Virus genome (UHGV): UHGV-0141068
Source of the DNA: a virus
DNA length: 28,359 bases
Reading direction: 5' to 3' (one strand)
Numbering within the stretch: the first letter of the stretch is position 1; every line of letters starts with the position of its first letter. A model generated the notes under the pieces. That model was given only the letters and a program-made list of their open reading frames with translations. It had not been told where the DNA came from and ran no database searches. Below are positions 18,866 through 26,401 of this stretch, piece by piece. The translations under genes were made by a program, and so were the position numbers.

Positions 18866-18896
18866 CGTTCTGTGGTTAAAAATTGAAAGTGTTCTG

Positions 18897-19097
18897 CTAA
18901 TCTTTCGGATAGATATCCGGTCTTAAGTCAGATTTCGTAATTGCACCTGACGTGCATTGCTCAAGTTTTTTAGCCAGCACAAAACTGGCTTTTTTATAGC
19001 CATTGAAAACCAGCCGTAAGTAGCCAGGTGTTGAGCCAACTTTTCCGGCCAACTCGCCCTGCTGTTCTTTGGTTAAAGAGTCCCAATACGCTTTCAT
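18897..19097 (-). CDS. Cro/DicC-like repressor
   Basis: 67 aa from internal ATG 19097 with GGAGG RBS; the longer ORF-track version (to 19400) would overlap cI and the operators; architecture resembles DicC. Confidence 0.65.
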   Translation of the reverse strand: MKAYWDSLTKEQQGELAGKVGSTPGYLRLVFNGYKKASFVLAKKLEQCTSGAITKSDLRPDIYPKD

Positions 19098-19187
19098 ACA
19101 ATATGTACCTCCGATGTACATATTACATGATTGAAATGAACCTTCAAGATACTTGTACCTTAACGGTACAAGGGTTTTAATTTCGTT
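19098..19187. promoter_or_regulatory. OR-type operator/promoter region between cro-like and cI genes
   Basis: Two inverted repeats with GTAC cores: ATATGTAC-N7-GTACATAT (19101-19123) and CTTGTACC-N5-GGTACAAG (19152-19172); minus-strand PR candidate -35 TTGAAG (19147..19142), -10 TAATAT (19125..19120). Confidence 0.65.
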
Positions 19188-19862
19188 ATGAAAACAATCC
19201 ATGACATCCGGCGGTCTAACGCCAGAAAACTGAGAGATGGTGTTGGCGGGAATTCTTCCTTTGCCACTATGATTGATCGCGAGCCAACCCAGACCAGCAG
19301 GTTTATGGGAGATGGTGCTACTAAAAATATCGGTGACAGCATGGCACGACACATCGAAAAATGTTTCGACCTGCCTGTCGGATGGCTCGATCAAGAACAC
19401 CAGACAACGAACATCACAAAAAAACCTGATGTTTCAATCACTAATAAACAAATCACATTAGTCCCTGTCATATCATGGGTACAGGCCGGAGCATGGAAAG
19501 AAGTTGGATATTCTGAGGTTGATTTGAGCACAGCAGAAACGTATCCCTGCCCTGTCCCCTGTGGGGAAATGACTTATATCTTGCGGGTGATAGGTGATTC
19601 AATGATTGATGAGTACCGCCCGGGAGACATGATTTTTGTCGATCCTGAAGTACCTGCCTGCCACGGTGACGACGTTATTGCATTGATGCACGATACAGGT
19701 GAAACCACCTTCAAAAGGTTGATAGAAGATGGGACACAGCGTTATCTCAAAGCGTTAAACCCAAACTGGCCTGAGCCTTACATTAAGATCAACGGTAATT
19801 GCTCTATAATTGGTACAGTGATTTTCTCAGGAAAACCAAGAAGATACAAAATCAAAGCCTAA
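19188..19862 (+). CDS. CI-type prophage repressor with LexA/S24-like autocleavage domain
   Basis: 224 aa; C-terminal half (ISWVQAGAW, GDSM, FKRL, LNPNWP) is the S24 peptidase fold shared with lambda CI; no SD upstream, consistent with leaderless translation. Confidence 0.85.
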   Translation: MKTIHDIRRSNARKLRDGVGGNSSFATMIDREPTQTSRFMGDGATKNIGDSMARHIEKCFDLPVGWLDQEHQTTNITKKPDVSITNKQITLVPVISWVQAGAWKEVGYSEVDLSTAETYPCPVPCGEMTYILRVIGDSMIDEYRPGDMIFVDPEVPACHGDDVIALMHDTGETTFKRLIEDGTQRYLKALNPNWPEPYIKINGNCSIIGTVIFSGKPRRYKIKA

Positions 19863-19874
19863 TCAATGTTTATG

Positions 19875-19897
19875 AACCTGCTTCGGCAGGTTTTTTT
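19875..19897 (+). terminator. rho-independent terminator after cI
   Basis: AACCTGC-TTCG-GCAGGTT hairpin followed by T7. Confidence 0.75.
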
Positions 19898-19901
19898 ATA
19901 C

Positions 19902-19934
19902 TTGACAATGTACCTTTGAGATACATAATGTACC
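19902..19934 (+). promoter_or_regulatory. PL-like early-left promoter with operator half-sites
   Basis: TTGACA (19902-19907), 16-bp spacer, CATAAT (19924-19929); ATGTACC repeated at 19908-19914 and 19928-19934, same core as OR sites. Confidence 0.6.
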
Positions 19935-20034
19935 CAAGAGAAACAACAAACAGGCAGGACGTCCACGAAGTAGCCGCCTGGGGCATATGAAGTCCAAGAT
20001 GATTCGTTAGCAACAAAACGCCCATAGGACGCTT

Positions 20035-20053
20035 CGCTCTTTAACAATTTGAA
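20035..20053 (+). promoter_or_regulatory. boxA-like antitermination element (nutL-like)
   Basis: CGCTCTTTAACAATTTGAA, near-identical to the rrn boxA core GCTCTTTAACAATTT as recalled, about 110 nt downstream of PL. Confidence 0.55.
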
Positions 20054-20351
20054 TATTTTCAGCGTCAATGATCTGTTTAGCTCCCTACAAGTAAATGTAG
20101 CGTAGCACCATGATAAATCCTGCTAGTGTTTAGTTAAAAATCGCGCGAGAGCAAGAACGACGTGAGGGCAGGCAATATTGATAGTGTTATTGCTATTAGT
20201 TTATCAAAAATATTTAGACGACCCAGATGAATATTTTTAATACATACTCCCCCTAATTTAACAGGAGTAAATGTTGATGAATAACGAGACATCTATACTC
20301 AACAATTGTATGATATGAACAATTATATAACATAATGTAGGAAAAATAAAA

Positions 20352-20948
20352 ATGGATTGGCATGACCTTATATCAAAGGTAATTATCGGACTTGTTACAG
20401 GCTCAATCGCAGCTTACTTAACTGCGCGATATGCACTCGGCCGTTATTATAAAGAAAAATGGTGGGACAAAAGAATAGATTTGTATACGCAATTAGTTGA
20501 CTGTGTTTATCTTCTAAAAAACACAGCTGACTATTGGTATAAACATGAGTTACATCACGCTTCACAATTCCCAACCTACTTTAGTTACAAATCAAAAGAA
20601 GAAAATGAAATCCTTAGCAAATCTTTCTCTAATGAGCTTGAAAAACTCAGTAGAATAGGTGAGCTATCTTCATTATTCTTAACAGAAGAGTGTGGGGATA
20701 AAATCCGTTCATTCATTGAAAATGAAGAAAATCTATTTATACAATGGGAGTTTGATAGTATAGAGTTGATAGATGCCCACAAGTCAAGACTTGATAAATT
20801 AAAAGTATTACTAGACGATATTATCTCTGAAGCAAAGAGAGAGCTTAAGGTCAATAAAAAACATAACAGCCTAAAGAATATAAAGTGGTCCATAACTATG
20901 CCAGACCAAAAAAATGATGAGCCAATTAATTATTACGACAATCATTAA
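20352..20948 (+). CDS. membrane-anchored hypothetical protein (moron in early-left region)
   Basis: 198 aa, single N-terminal hydrophobic helix (VIIGLVTGSIAAYLTARYALG) then charged helical domain; markedly AT-rich; own terminator. Confidence 0.6.
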   Translation: MDWHDLISKVIIGLVTGSIAAYLTARYALGRYYKEKWWDKRIDLYTQLVDCVYLLKNTADYWYKHELHHASQFPTYFSYKSKEENEILSKSFSNELEKLSRIGELSSLFLTEECGDKIRSFIENEENLFIQWEFDSIELIDAHKSRLDKLKVLLDDIISEAKRELKVNKKHNSLKNIKWSITMPDQKNDEPINYYDNH

Positions 20949-20958
20949 AACACTTTAG

Positions 20959-20980
20959 AACCCGCTGGGCGGGTTTTATT
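20959..20980 (+). terminator. rho-independent terminator
   Basis: AACCCGC-TGG-GCGGGTT followed by TTTTATT, 11 nt after the stop codon. Confidence 0.7.
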
Positions 20981-21135
20981 CAAATATACTTTGCACATCA
21001 CAAATAAAACTATAACGTCCTTCTTCTTTTCCTAATATCTTATATCTACTTATTTATAAGCGGCTTACAGATCTTCAACAGATAAACCTAATGAAGGCGA
21101 CAATGTTCTGATGAATAGCCACCTTTTTACTCAAC

Positions 21136-21258
21136 TGAAAGCGCGTTCTGTCCCTTGTCATTAAGTGCCAGTTCGTTAAGTCCAAAACCTCCGGAACGCG
21201 CTTTCAATTGAGTGGGGAAAATAACTGGCGATGGCAGCCGCCCGTTGCACTAAGTGCC
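21136..21258. promoter_or_regulatory. structured intergenic element of unknown function
   Basis: 12-13 bp inverted repeat GAAAGCGCGTTC / GAACGCGCTTTC (21137-21148, 21194-21205) enclosing TTAAGTGCC-type direct repeats (21159-21169, 21176-21183, 21248-21258). Confidence 0.4.
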
Positions 21259-21370
21259 TCTGGATGGGGCATTTACTGAAACGAAACCAAAACTTTTAAT
21301 CGCCTTATGGCGAGGGATTCGTGCAACCAAAAATCGTGCGGTGCAGCGCACCAATTAAGGAGAACTAACG

Positions 21371-21907
21371 ATGAGTTTTATCCAGACTCTTACCGGTAAG
21401 AAGTTCAATTATATCAACTCCACCATTGACGATATTTATATCGAGGATATCGCCGGTGCGCTTTCAAATATCTGCCGCTTCGCGGGACACTTGCCGGATT
21501 TTTACAGCGTGGCGCAGCATTCCGTTCTGTGCAGTCAACTTGTGGCGCCAGAGTTCGCCTTTGAAGCGTTAATGCATGATGCAACAGAAGCGTATTGTCA
21601 GGACATCCCCGCGCAACTGAAACGCCTTCTTCCTGACTATAAACGGATGGAAGAAAAAATAGACGCCGTAATCCGTGAGAAATACGGGTTACCCCCGGTT
21701 ATGAGCACGCCCGTGAAATATGCCGATCTCATCATGCTGGCAACCGAACGCCGCGATCTCGGGCTTGATGATGGCTCTTTCTGGCCTCTACTGGAAGGTA
21801 TCCCAGCAACAGAGATGTTCAAAGTTATTCCACTGTCGCCAGGCCATGCCTACGGGATGTTTATGGAACGTTTTAACGAGTTATCGGAGTTACGCAAATG
21901 CGCATGA
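21371..21907 (+). CDS. HD-domain phosphohydrolase (YfbR/YfdR-like)
   Basis: 178 aa with H..H (VAQHSV) and HD (MHDATEAY) metal-binding motifs; strong RBS AAGGAGA. Confidence 0.65.
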   Translation: MSFIQTLTGKKFNYINSTIDDIYIEDIAGALSNICRFAGHLPDFYSVAQHSVLCSQLVAPEFAFEALMHDATEAYCQDIPAQLKRLLPDYKRMEEKIDAVIREKYGLPPVMSTPVKYADLIMLATERRDLGLDDGSFWPLLEGIPATEMFKVIPLSPGHAYGMFMERFNELSELRKCA

Positions 21908-22260
21908 ATGTTTTCGAAATGGAAGGGTTTCTTCGCGGGAAATGTGTACCGCGAGATCTGAAAGTGAATGAAACGGATGCTGAATACCTGGTGCGTAAAT
22001 TCGATGCGCTTGAAGCTAAATGTGCGGCACTGGAAAACAAAGTAATACCAGTGTCAACTGAACTGCCACCAGCAAATGAAAGTGTTTTGTTATTCGATGC
22101 TAACGGAGAAGGCTGGCTAATTGGCTGGCGTTCTCTCTGGTACACCTGGGGACAAAAAGAAACCGGAGACTGGCAGTGGACATTTCAGGTCGGGGACCTT
22201 GAAAACGTCAATATCACTCACTGGGCAGTAATGCCAAAAGCACCGGAGGCTGGAGCATAA
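21898..22260 (+). CDS. DUF551-like phage protein
   Basis: 120 aa, Trp-rich C-terminus with THWAVMP motif; overlaps HD gene end. Confidence 0.5.
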   Translation: MRMNVFEMEGFLRGKCVPRDLKVNETDAEYLVRKFDALEAKCAALENKVIPVSTELPPANESVLLFDANGEGWLIGWRSLWYTWGQKETGDWQWTFQVGDLENVNITHWAVMPKAPEAGA

Positions 22261-22565
22261 TGACCACTTTTACCGACAAAGAACTGATTAAAGAAATCAA
22301 AGAGCGTATCAGCAGCCTTGACGTGCGAGACGATATTGAGCGCCGTGCTTATGAAATCGCACTCCTATCTCTGGAAGTAGAGCCAGATGAACGCGAATCC
22401 TATGAATTATTTATGGAAAAACGTTTCGGTGGCTTAGTAGATAGTCGGAGAGCAAAAAACGGCGATAACGAATACATGGCATGGGATATGACTCTCGGTT
22501 GGATCGTCTGGCAACAACGAGCTGGCATTCATTTTTCAACAATATCACAGCAAGAGGTGAAATAA
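22260..22565 (+). CDS. hypothetical protein
   Basis: 101-aa ORF, ATGA overlap with upstream gene, TAATG overlap with xis. Confidence 0.5.
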   Translation: MTTFTDKELIKEIKERISSLDVRDDIERRAYEIALLSLEVEPDERESYELFMEKRFGGLVDSRRAKNGDNEYMAWDMTLGWIVWQQRAGIHFSTISQQEVK

Positions 22566-22915
22566 TGGAACCATACAGCCTCACGCTAGATGAGGCCTGT
22601 CATTTTCTCAAGATATCCAGACCGACTGCCATTAACTGGATACGCACAGGGCGTCTGCAGGCAACACGCAAAGATCCCACTAAGAATAAATCTCCTTACC
22701 TCACAACACGACAAGCCTGCATTGCGGCGCTTCAGTCTCCGCTGCATACTGTCCAGGTGAGCGCGGGTGATGGCATAACAGAGGAAAGAAAATGTCACTC
22801 TTCCGCAGAGGTGAAATATGGTACGCCAGTTTCACATTGCCGAACGGTAAAAGATTTAAACAGTCTCTTGGAACAAAGGACAAAAGGCAGGCGACAGAAC
22901 TCCATGACAAGCTAA
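22565..22915 (+). CDS. xis: excisionase (P22 Xis-like, AlpA-type HTH)
   Basis: 116 aa from ATG 22565; [36 protein letters not shown]; 3' end overlaps integrase start. Confidence 0.8.
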   Translation: MEPYSLTLDEACHFLKISRPTAINWIRTGRLQATRKDPTKNKSPYLTTRQACIAALQSPLHTVQVSAGDGITEERKCHSSAEVKYGTPVSHCRTVKDLNSLLEQRTKGRRQNSMTS

Positions 22916-23955
22916 AGGCTGAAGCATGGCGGGTCAGCAAACTTGGTGAAATTCCTGATATAACGTTCGAGGAAGCGTGTGTCAGGTGGCTTGAAGAGAA
23001 AGCACATAAAAAATCACTGGACGATGACAAAAGCCGGATCGGATTCTGGCTTCAACATTTCGCAGGAATGCAACTAAGAGACATTACTGAATCAAAAATT
23101 TATTCAGCAATGCAGAAAATGACGAACCGGCGTCATGAGGAAAACTGGAAACTCAGGGCAGAAGCATGCAGAAAAAAAGGGAAACCTGTTCCAGAATACA
23201 CGCCAAAACCAGCGTCCGTTGCAACGAAGGCTACGCATCTTTCATTTATAAAGGCCCTGCTAAGAGCCGCAGAGCGTGAATGGAAAATGCTGGATAAGGC
23301 ACCAATTATTAAAGTGCCTCAACCAAAGAATAAACGGATCCGCTGGCTGGAGCCTCATGAAGCACAAAGGCTGATTGATGAATGTCCGGAGCCATTAAAG
23401 TCTGTTGTTGAATTTGCACTTGCAACAGGCTTAAGACGCTCGAACATCATCAACCTTGAATGGCAACAAATAGACATGCAGCGCCGGGTGGCATGGATAA
23501 ACCCGGAAGAGAGTAAATCAAACCGCGCAATTGGCGTTGCGCTGAATGATACTGCATGTCGCGTATTGAAAAAACAAATCGGGAATCATCACCGTTGGGT
23601 ATTTGTGTATAAGGAAAGCTGTACCAAACCAGACGGAACGAAAGCGCCAACAGTCAGGAAGATGCGGTATGACGCAAACATAGCCTGGAAAGCGGCGCTG
23701 AGACGAGCAGGTATTGATGATTTCAGATTTCACGACTTGAGACACACCTGGGCAAGTTGGCTGGTTCAAGCCGGAGTCCCGTTATCAGTGTTACAGGAAA
23801 TGGGAGGCTGGGAGTCTATCGAAATGGTTCGTCGATATGCTCACCTCGCACCTAATCACCTTACCGAACACGCACGGCAAATAGACTCGATTCTGAACCC
23901 ATCGGTCCCAAATTTGTCCCAGTCAAGAAATAAGGAAGGTACTAATGATGTGTAA
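22792..23955 (+). CDS. int: tyrosine integrase, P22-type
   Basis: 387 aa; [15 protein letters not shown]-terminus and C-terminal R...HxxR...Y catalytic region (HDLRHTWAS...MVRRYAHL); adjacent to tRNA-Thr-derived att core. Confidence 0.9.
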   Translation: MSLFRRGEIWYASFTLPNGKRFKQSLGTKDKRQATELHDKLKAEAWRVSKLGEIPDITFEEACVRWLEEKAHKKSLDDDKSRIGFWLQHFAGMQLRDITESKIYSAMQKMTNRRHEENWKLRAEACRKKGKPVPEYTPKPASVATKATHLSFIKALLRAAEREWKMLDKAPIIKVPQPKNKRIRWLEPHEAQRLIDECPEPLKSVVEFALATGLRRSNIINLEWQQIDMQRRVAWINPEESKSNRAIGVALNDTACRVLKKQIGNHHRWVFVYKESCTKPDGTKAPTVRKMRYDANIAWKAALRRAGIDDFRFHDLRHTWASWLVQAGVPLSVLQEMGGWESIEMVRRYAHLAPNHLTEHARQIDSILNPSVPNLSQSRNKEGTNDV

Positions 23956-23969
23956 CTTATTGATTTAAA

Positions 23970-24021
23970 TGGTGCCGATAATAGGAGTCGAACCTACGAC
24001 CTTCGCATTACGAATGCGAAG
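23970..24021 (-). other. attachment-site core: 3' fragment of a tRNA-Thr(CGU) gene (not a complete tRNA)
   Basis: Reverse complement reads anticodon stem-loop (TCGCA-TTCGTAA-TGCGA, anticodon CGT), T-arm GGTTCGACTCC and acceptor 3' strand ending CCA; no D-arm or 5' acceptor strand upstream. Confidence 0.75.
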
Positions 24022-24103
24022 TTTTTATATTTTAACTGCTTGAACAACCATCAGAAATCACAAATTTATCATTTTAAATCATAATATTAAAACAAAAAAC
24101 CTG

Positions 24104-24129
24104 TTGATGTAAATTGATGAGTGTTGATG
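24104..24129 (+). repeat. three TTGATG direct repeats at 10-bp phasing upstream of integrase
   Basis: TTGATG at 24104, 24114, 24124; further TTGAT/ATCAA copies at 25508-25537 just after the integrase stop. Confidence 0.5.
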
Positions 24130-24201
24130 TTTATCCTTTCAATTTACTTACACCAGCCGTTACATTACTGTAAACCGTAATCCCCAACAGGAACCCTAAA
24201 A

Positions 24202-25521
24202 ATGGCGCTTTCAAGACAAAAACTAACCTTCGAACGAATTCGAAGATTTACTTTACCTGAAGGGAAAAACCAAGTTTTCCTTTGGGATACGGACGTAACA
24301 AGCTTGGCATGTCGAGCAACTCGTGGAGCAAAAGCCTTTGTATTCCAAAGCCTGTATGCGGGAAAAACCCTTCGCATGACCATTGGCAACATTAACGATT
24401 GGAGGATTGATGATGCGAGGGCCGAAGCCAGGCGACTGCAAACATTAATCGATACTGGGATAGATCCGCGTATAGCTAAGGCGGAAAAAATTGCTGAAGC
24501 GGAATCACAGCAGGCTGAATCTCGTAAAACGAAGGCAACCTTTTCAAGCGCTTGGGAAGATTATCTTGATGAATTGAGAACCGGAATCAGCGCAAAAACT
24601 AAACGCCCCTACTCTGCACGCTACATTGCCGATCACGTTAACTTGTCCAGTCGTGGAGGCGAAAGTAAAAAAAGAGGCCGGGGCCCAACCTCACCTGGGC
24701 CACTGGCTAGCCTGCTCGACCGACCATTATCAGAACTAACACCAGAGAACATTGCCGAATGGCTAAGTACAGAGAGACAAAATCGGCCTACCGTCACTGC
24801 TCATGCCTACCGTCTGTTGCGTGCATTCATCAAATGGGCTAATTACCAGAAAAAATATCAGGGAATAATCGATGGCGATCTTGCACAAGATCATAACGTG
24901 AGAAAAATGGTTCCAATATCAGCGAGCAAAGCGGGAGATTGCTTACAAAAAGAACAGCTCAAAAGCTGGTTCAGTGCCGTGCGTAGCCTCAATAATCCCA
25001 TTGCATCAGCCTATCTCCAAGTGCTTTTGCTCACCGGTGCACGGCGTGAAGAAATTTCCTCACTTCGCTGGTCTGACATAGATTTCAAATGGTCAAGCAT
25101 GAGAATTAAAGACAAGATCGAAGGCGAGCGAATTATCCCCCTCACTCCCTATGTTTCTGACTTGTTACGCTCACTGATGGAGATCCCCAATCGTGGTACA
25201 AACGAGGAGAATTGGGTTTTCAGAAGTAACAGCAAAAGTGGCAAAATTATTGAACCGCGTTCAGCACATAATAGAGCATTAACTCGCGCGGAGTTACCAC
25301 ATATCAGCTTGCACGGATTGCGCCGTAGTTTTGGGACCCTCGCTGAATGGGTCGAAGTACCAACAGGTATTGTTGCGCAGATTATGGGCCATAAGCCTAG
25401 CGCTCTTGCTGAAAAGCACTATCGCCGCCGTCCATTAGATTTGCTAAGAAAATGGCATGAAAAAGTTGAATTATGGATCTTAGAAGAAGCAAAAATAAAA
25501 AACAACGTTGATAAGCGTTGA
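24202..25521 (+). CDS. tyrosine integrase, P4 type
   Basis: 439 aa; N-terminal arm-binding-like region, C-terminal catalytic R..HGLRRS..Y region (LHGLRRSFGT, HY near the end). Confidence 0.85.
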   Translation: MALSRQKLTFERIRRFTLPEGKNQVFLWDTDVTSLACRATRGAKAFVFQSLYAGKTLRMTIGNINDWRIDDARAEARRLQTLIDTGIDPRIAKAEKIAEAESQQAESRKTKATFSSAWEDYLDELRTGISAKTKRPYSARYIADHVNLSSRGGESKKRGRGPTSPGPLASLLDRPLSELTPENIAEWLSTERQNRPTVTAHAYRLLRAFIKWANYQKKYQGIIDGDLAQDHNVRKMVPISASKAGDCLQKEQLKSWFSAVRSLNNPIASAYLQVLLLTGARREEISSLRWSDIDFKWSSMRIKDKIEGERIIPLTPYVSDLLRSLMEIPNRGTNEENWVFRSNSKSGKIIEPRSAHNRALTRAELPHISLHGLRRSFGTLAEWVEVPTGIVAQIMGHKPSALAEKHYRRRPLDLLRKWHEKVELWILEEAKIKNNVDKR

Positions 25522-25635
25522 TTTTATCAAATATCAACAACTTACATAAAATCACATGTGTTGACAGAAATTTTTTTTCAGTTATCTTTTATTACTGCTA
25601 ACTACATTCACTCACTAAGCAGGAGATTAACTACA

Positions 25636-26061
25636 GTGACTAACCCAATAACTGTATCAAGAGAAGACCGAAGTGCGGAAATCAGAGCGAGATGGGGTTT
25701 ACATCCGACTAAAAACAAAAGTTCTAATTTTTGGGAAACAACAATTCAGCGTTTTAATAATAGTAGTACTGACCGAATACTACCTCTTTGGCACCGTGTT
25801 TCAAAACTTTTAGTTGCTATTAGGAATGTAGTCAATACTATAACATGCCTTTTTCCACCAAAGGGGAATACTTCCCGCTCACGCCGAAGTTCAACAACGT
25901 CATCAAAAAACTCATCATCATCTTCATCGGATGGTAGTAGTAGCGACCCCGATCCCGATAGAGACCCCATATTCACCCCTTTTCATTTCATTCTTTCATC
26001 TCTGTTAAAAACAATGATCGTCTTATTTGCCCACATATCAAATGTTGGGGTGATGAAATGA
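25636..26061 (+). CDS. Ser-rich hypothetical protein with hydrophobic C-terminus
   Basis: GTG at 25636 with AGGAG RBS 10 nt upstream; low-complexity S/D stretch; stop overlaps AlpA-like start; candidate -35 TTGACA at 25561. Confidence 0.35.
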   Translation: MTNPITVSREDRSAEIRARWGLHPTKNKSSNFWETTIQRFNNSSTDRILPLWHRVSKLLVAIRNVVNTITCLFPPKGNTSRSRRSSTTSSKNSSSSSSDGSSSDPDPDRDPIFTPFHFILSSLLKTMIVLFAHISNVGVMK

Positions 26062-26279
26062 GCGATATCAAACATCAAAAACCCTCTCAGTCACAACTAA
26101 TTTCTACCCGCGAGTTAGCTAATATTATTGGCTATGAAGTACAAACTATTCGAGCTTGGCTTTGCAAAGACAAACTGCCTAATGGTTTACCGCGACCGAA
26201 GAAAATTAAAAACCGACACTATTGGTCACGTAAAGACATTGATAGATACCTATTAACCTTCTCAGTATATAGTAACTAA
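26058..26279 (+). CDS. AlpA-family HTH regulator / excisionase-like
   Basis: 73 aa; LISTRELANIIGYEVQTIRAWLCKDKLP HTH typical of AlpA/Vis-type proteins. Confidence 0.7.
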   Translation: MSDIKHQKPSQSQLISTRELANIIGYEVQTIRAWLCKDKLPNGLPRPKKIKNRHYWSRKDIDRYLLTFSVYSN

Positions 26280-26290
26280 TAGAGGCCTCC

Positions 26291-26316
26291 CCCGGCTATT
26301 CTAAAGAATAGCCGGG
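26291..26316 (+). other. perfect 11-bp palindrome (terminator-like hairpin or operator)
   Basis: CCCGGCTATTC-TAAA-GAATAGCCGGG between AlpA-like and RHH-protein genes; weak T-tract. Confidence 0.5.
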
Positions 26317-26401
26317 TTAGTTAATACAAACCTTCCATTAACAATGGGGGGAGATTAATACTATTTATCACATCTCACATTAACAAAATTCAAGGTCACA
26401 T

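Larger units (their letters stand above)
1..24021. mobile_element. lambdoid prophage, partial (tail end continues beyond window start); P22-type int/xis, Qin/lambda-like regulation and lysis, HK97-type head, contractile tail
   Basis: Contiguous phage gene order from int/xis through immunity, replication, Q, lysis, terminase, head and tail; ends at a tRNA-Thr 3' fragment next to int. Confidence 0.85.

Noticed and set aside
18897-19400. Full 167-aa version of the cro-like ORF
   Set aside because: The N-terminal 100 codons would run through both operators and overlap cI by about 210 nt; the internal ATG at 19097 has a GGAGG RBS and gives a DicC-sized protein
19859-20068. 69-aa minus-strand ORF across the PL region
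   Set aside because: Spans terminator, promoter and boxA on the wrong strand; no RBS
20271-20318. 15-codon uORF with AGGAG upstream in the leader of the membrane-protein gene
   Set aside because: SD spacing only 3 nt and peptide too short to support as a gene; noted only as possible leader-peptide regulation
19930-20351. Search for an N-type antiterminator gene downstream of PL
   Set aside because: No ORF of 60 aa or more and no Arg-rich small ORF with an RBS; absence reported as a finding rather than inventing a gene
22701-23030. 109-aa minus-strand ORF over xis/int
   Set aside because: Antisense to the well-supported overlapping xis and int genes
23970-24021. Calling the tRNA-Thr fragment a functional tRNA gene
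   Set aside because: Only the 3' portion from the anticodon arm onward is present; no D-arm or 5' acceptor strand
24165-24441. Minus-strand ORFs 24165..24392 and 24253..24441
   Set aside because: Overlap the start of the P4-type integrase on the opposite strand
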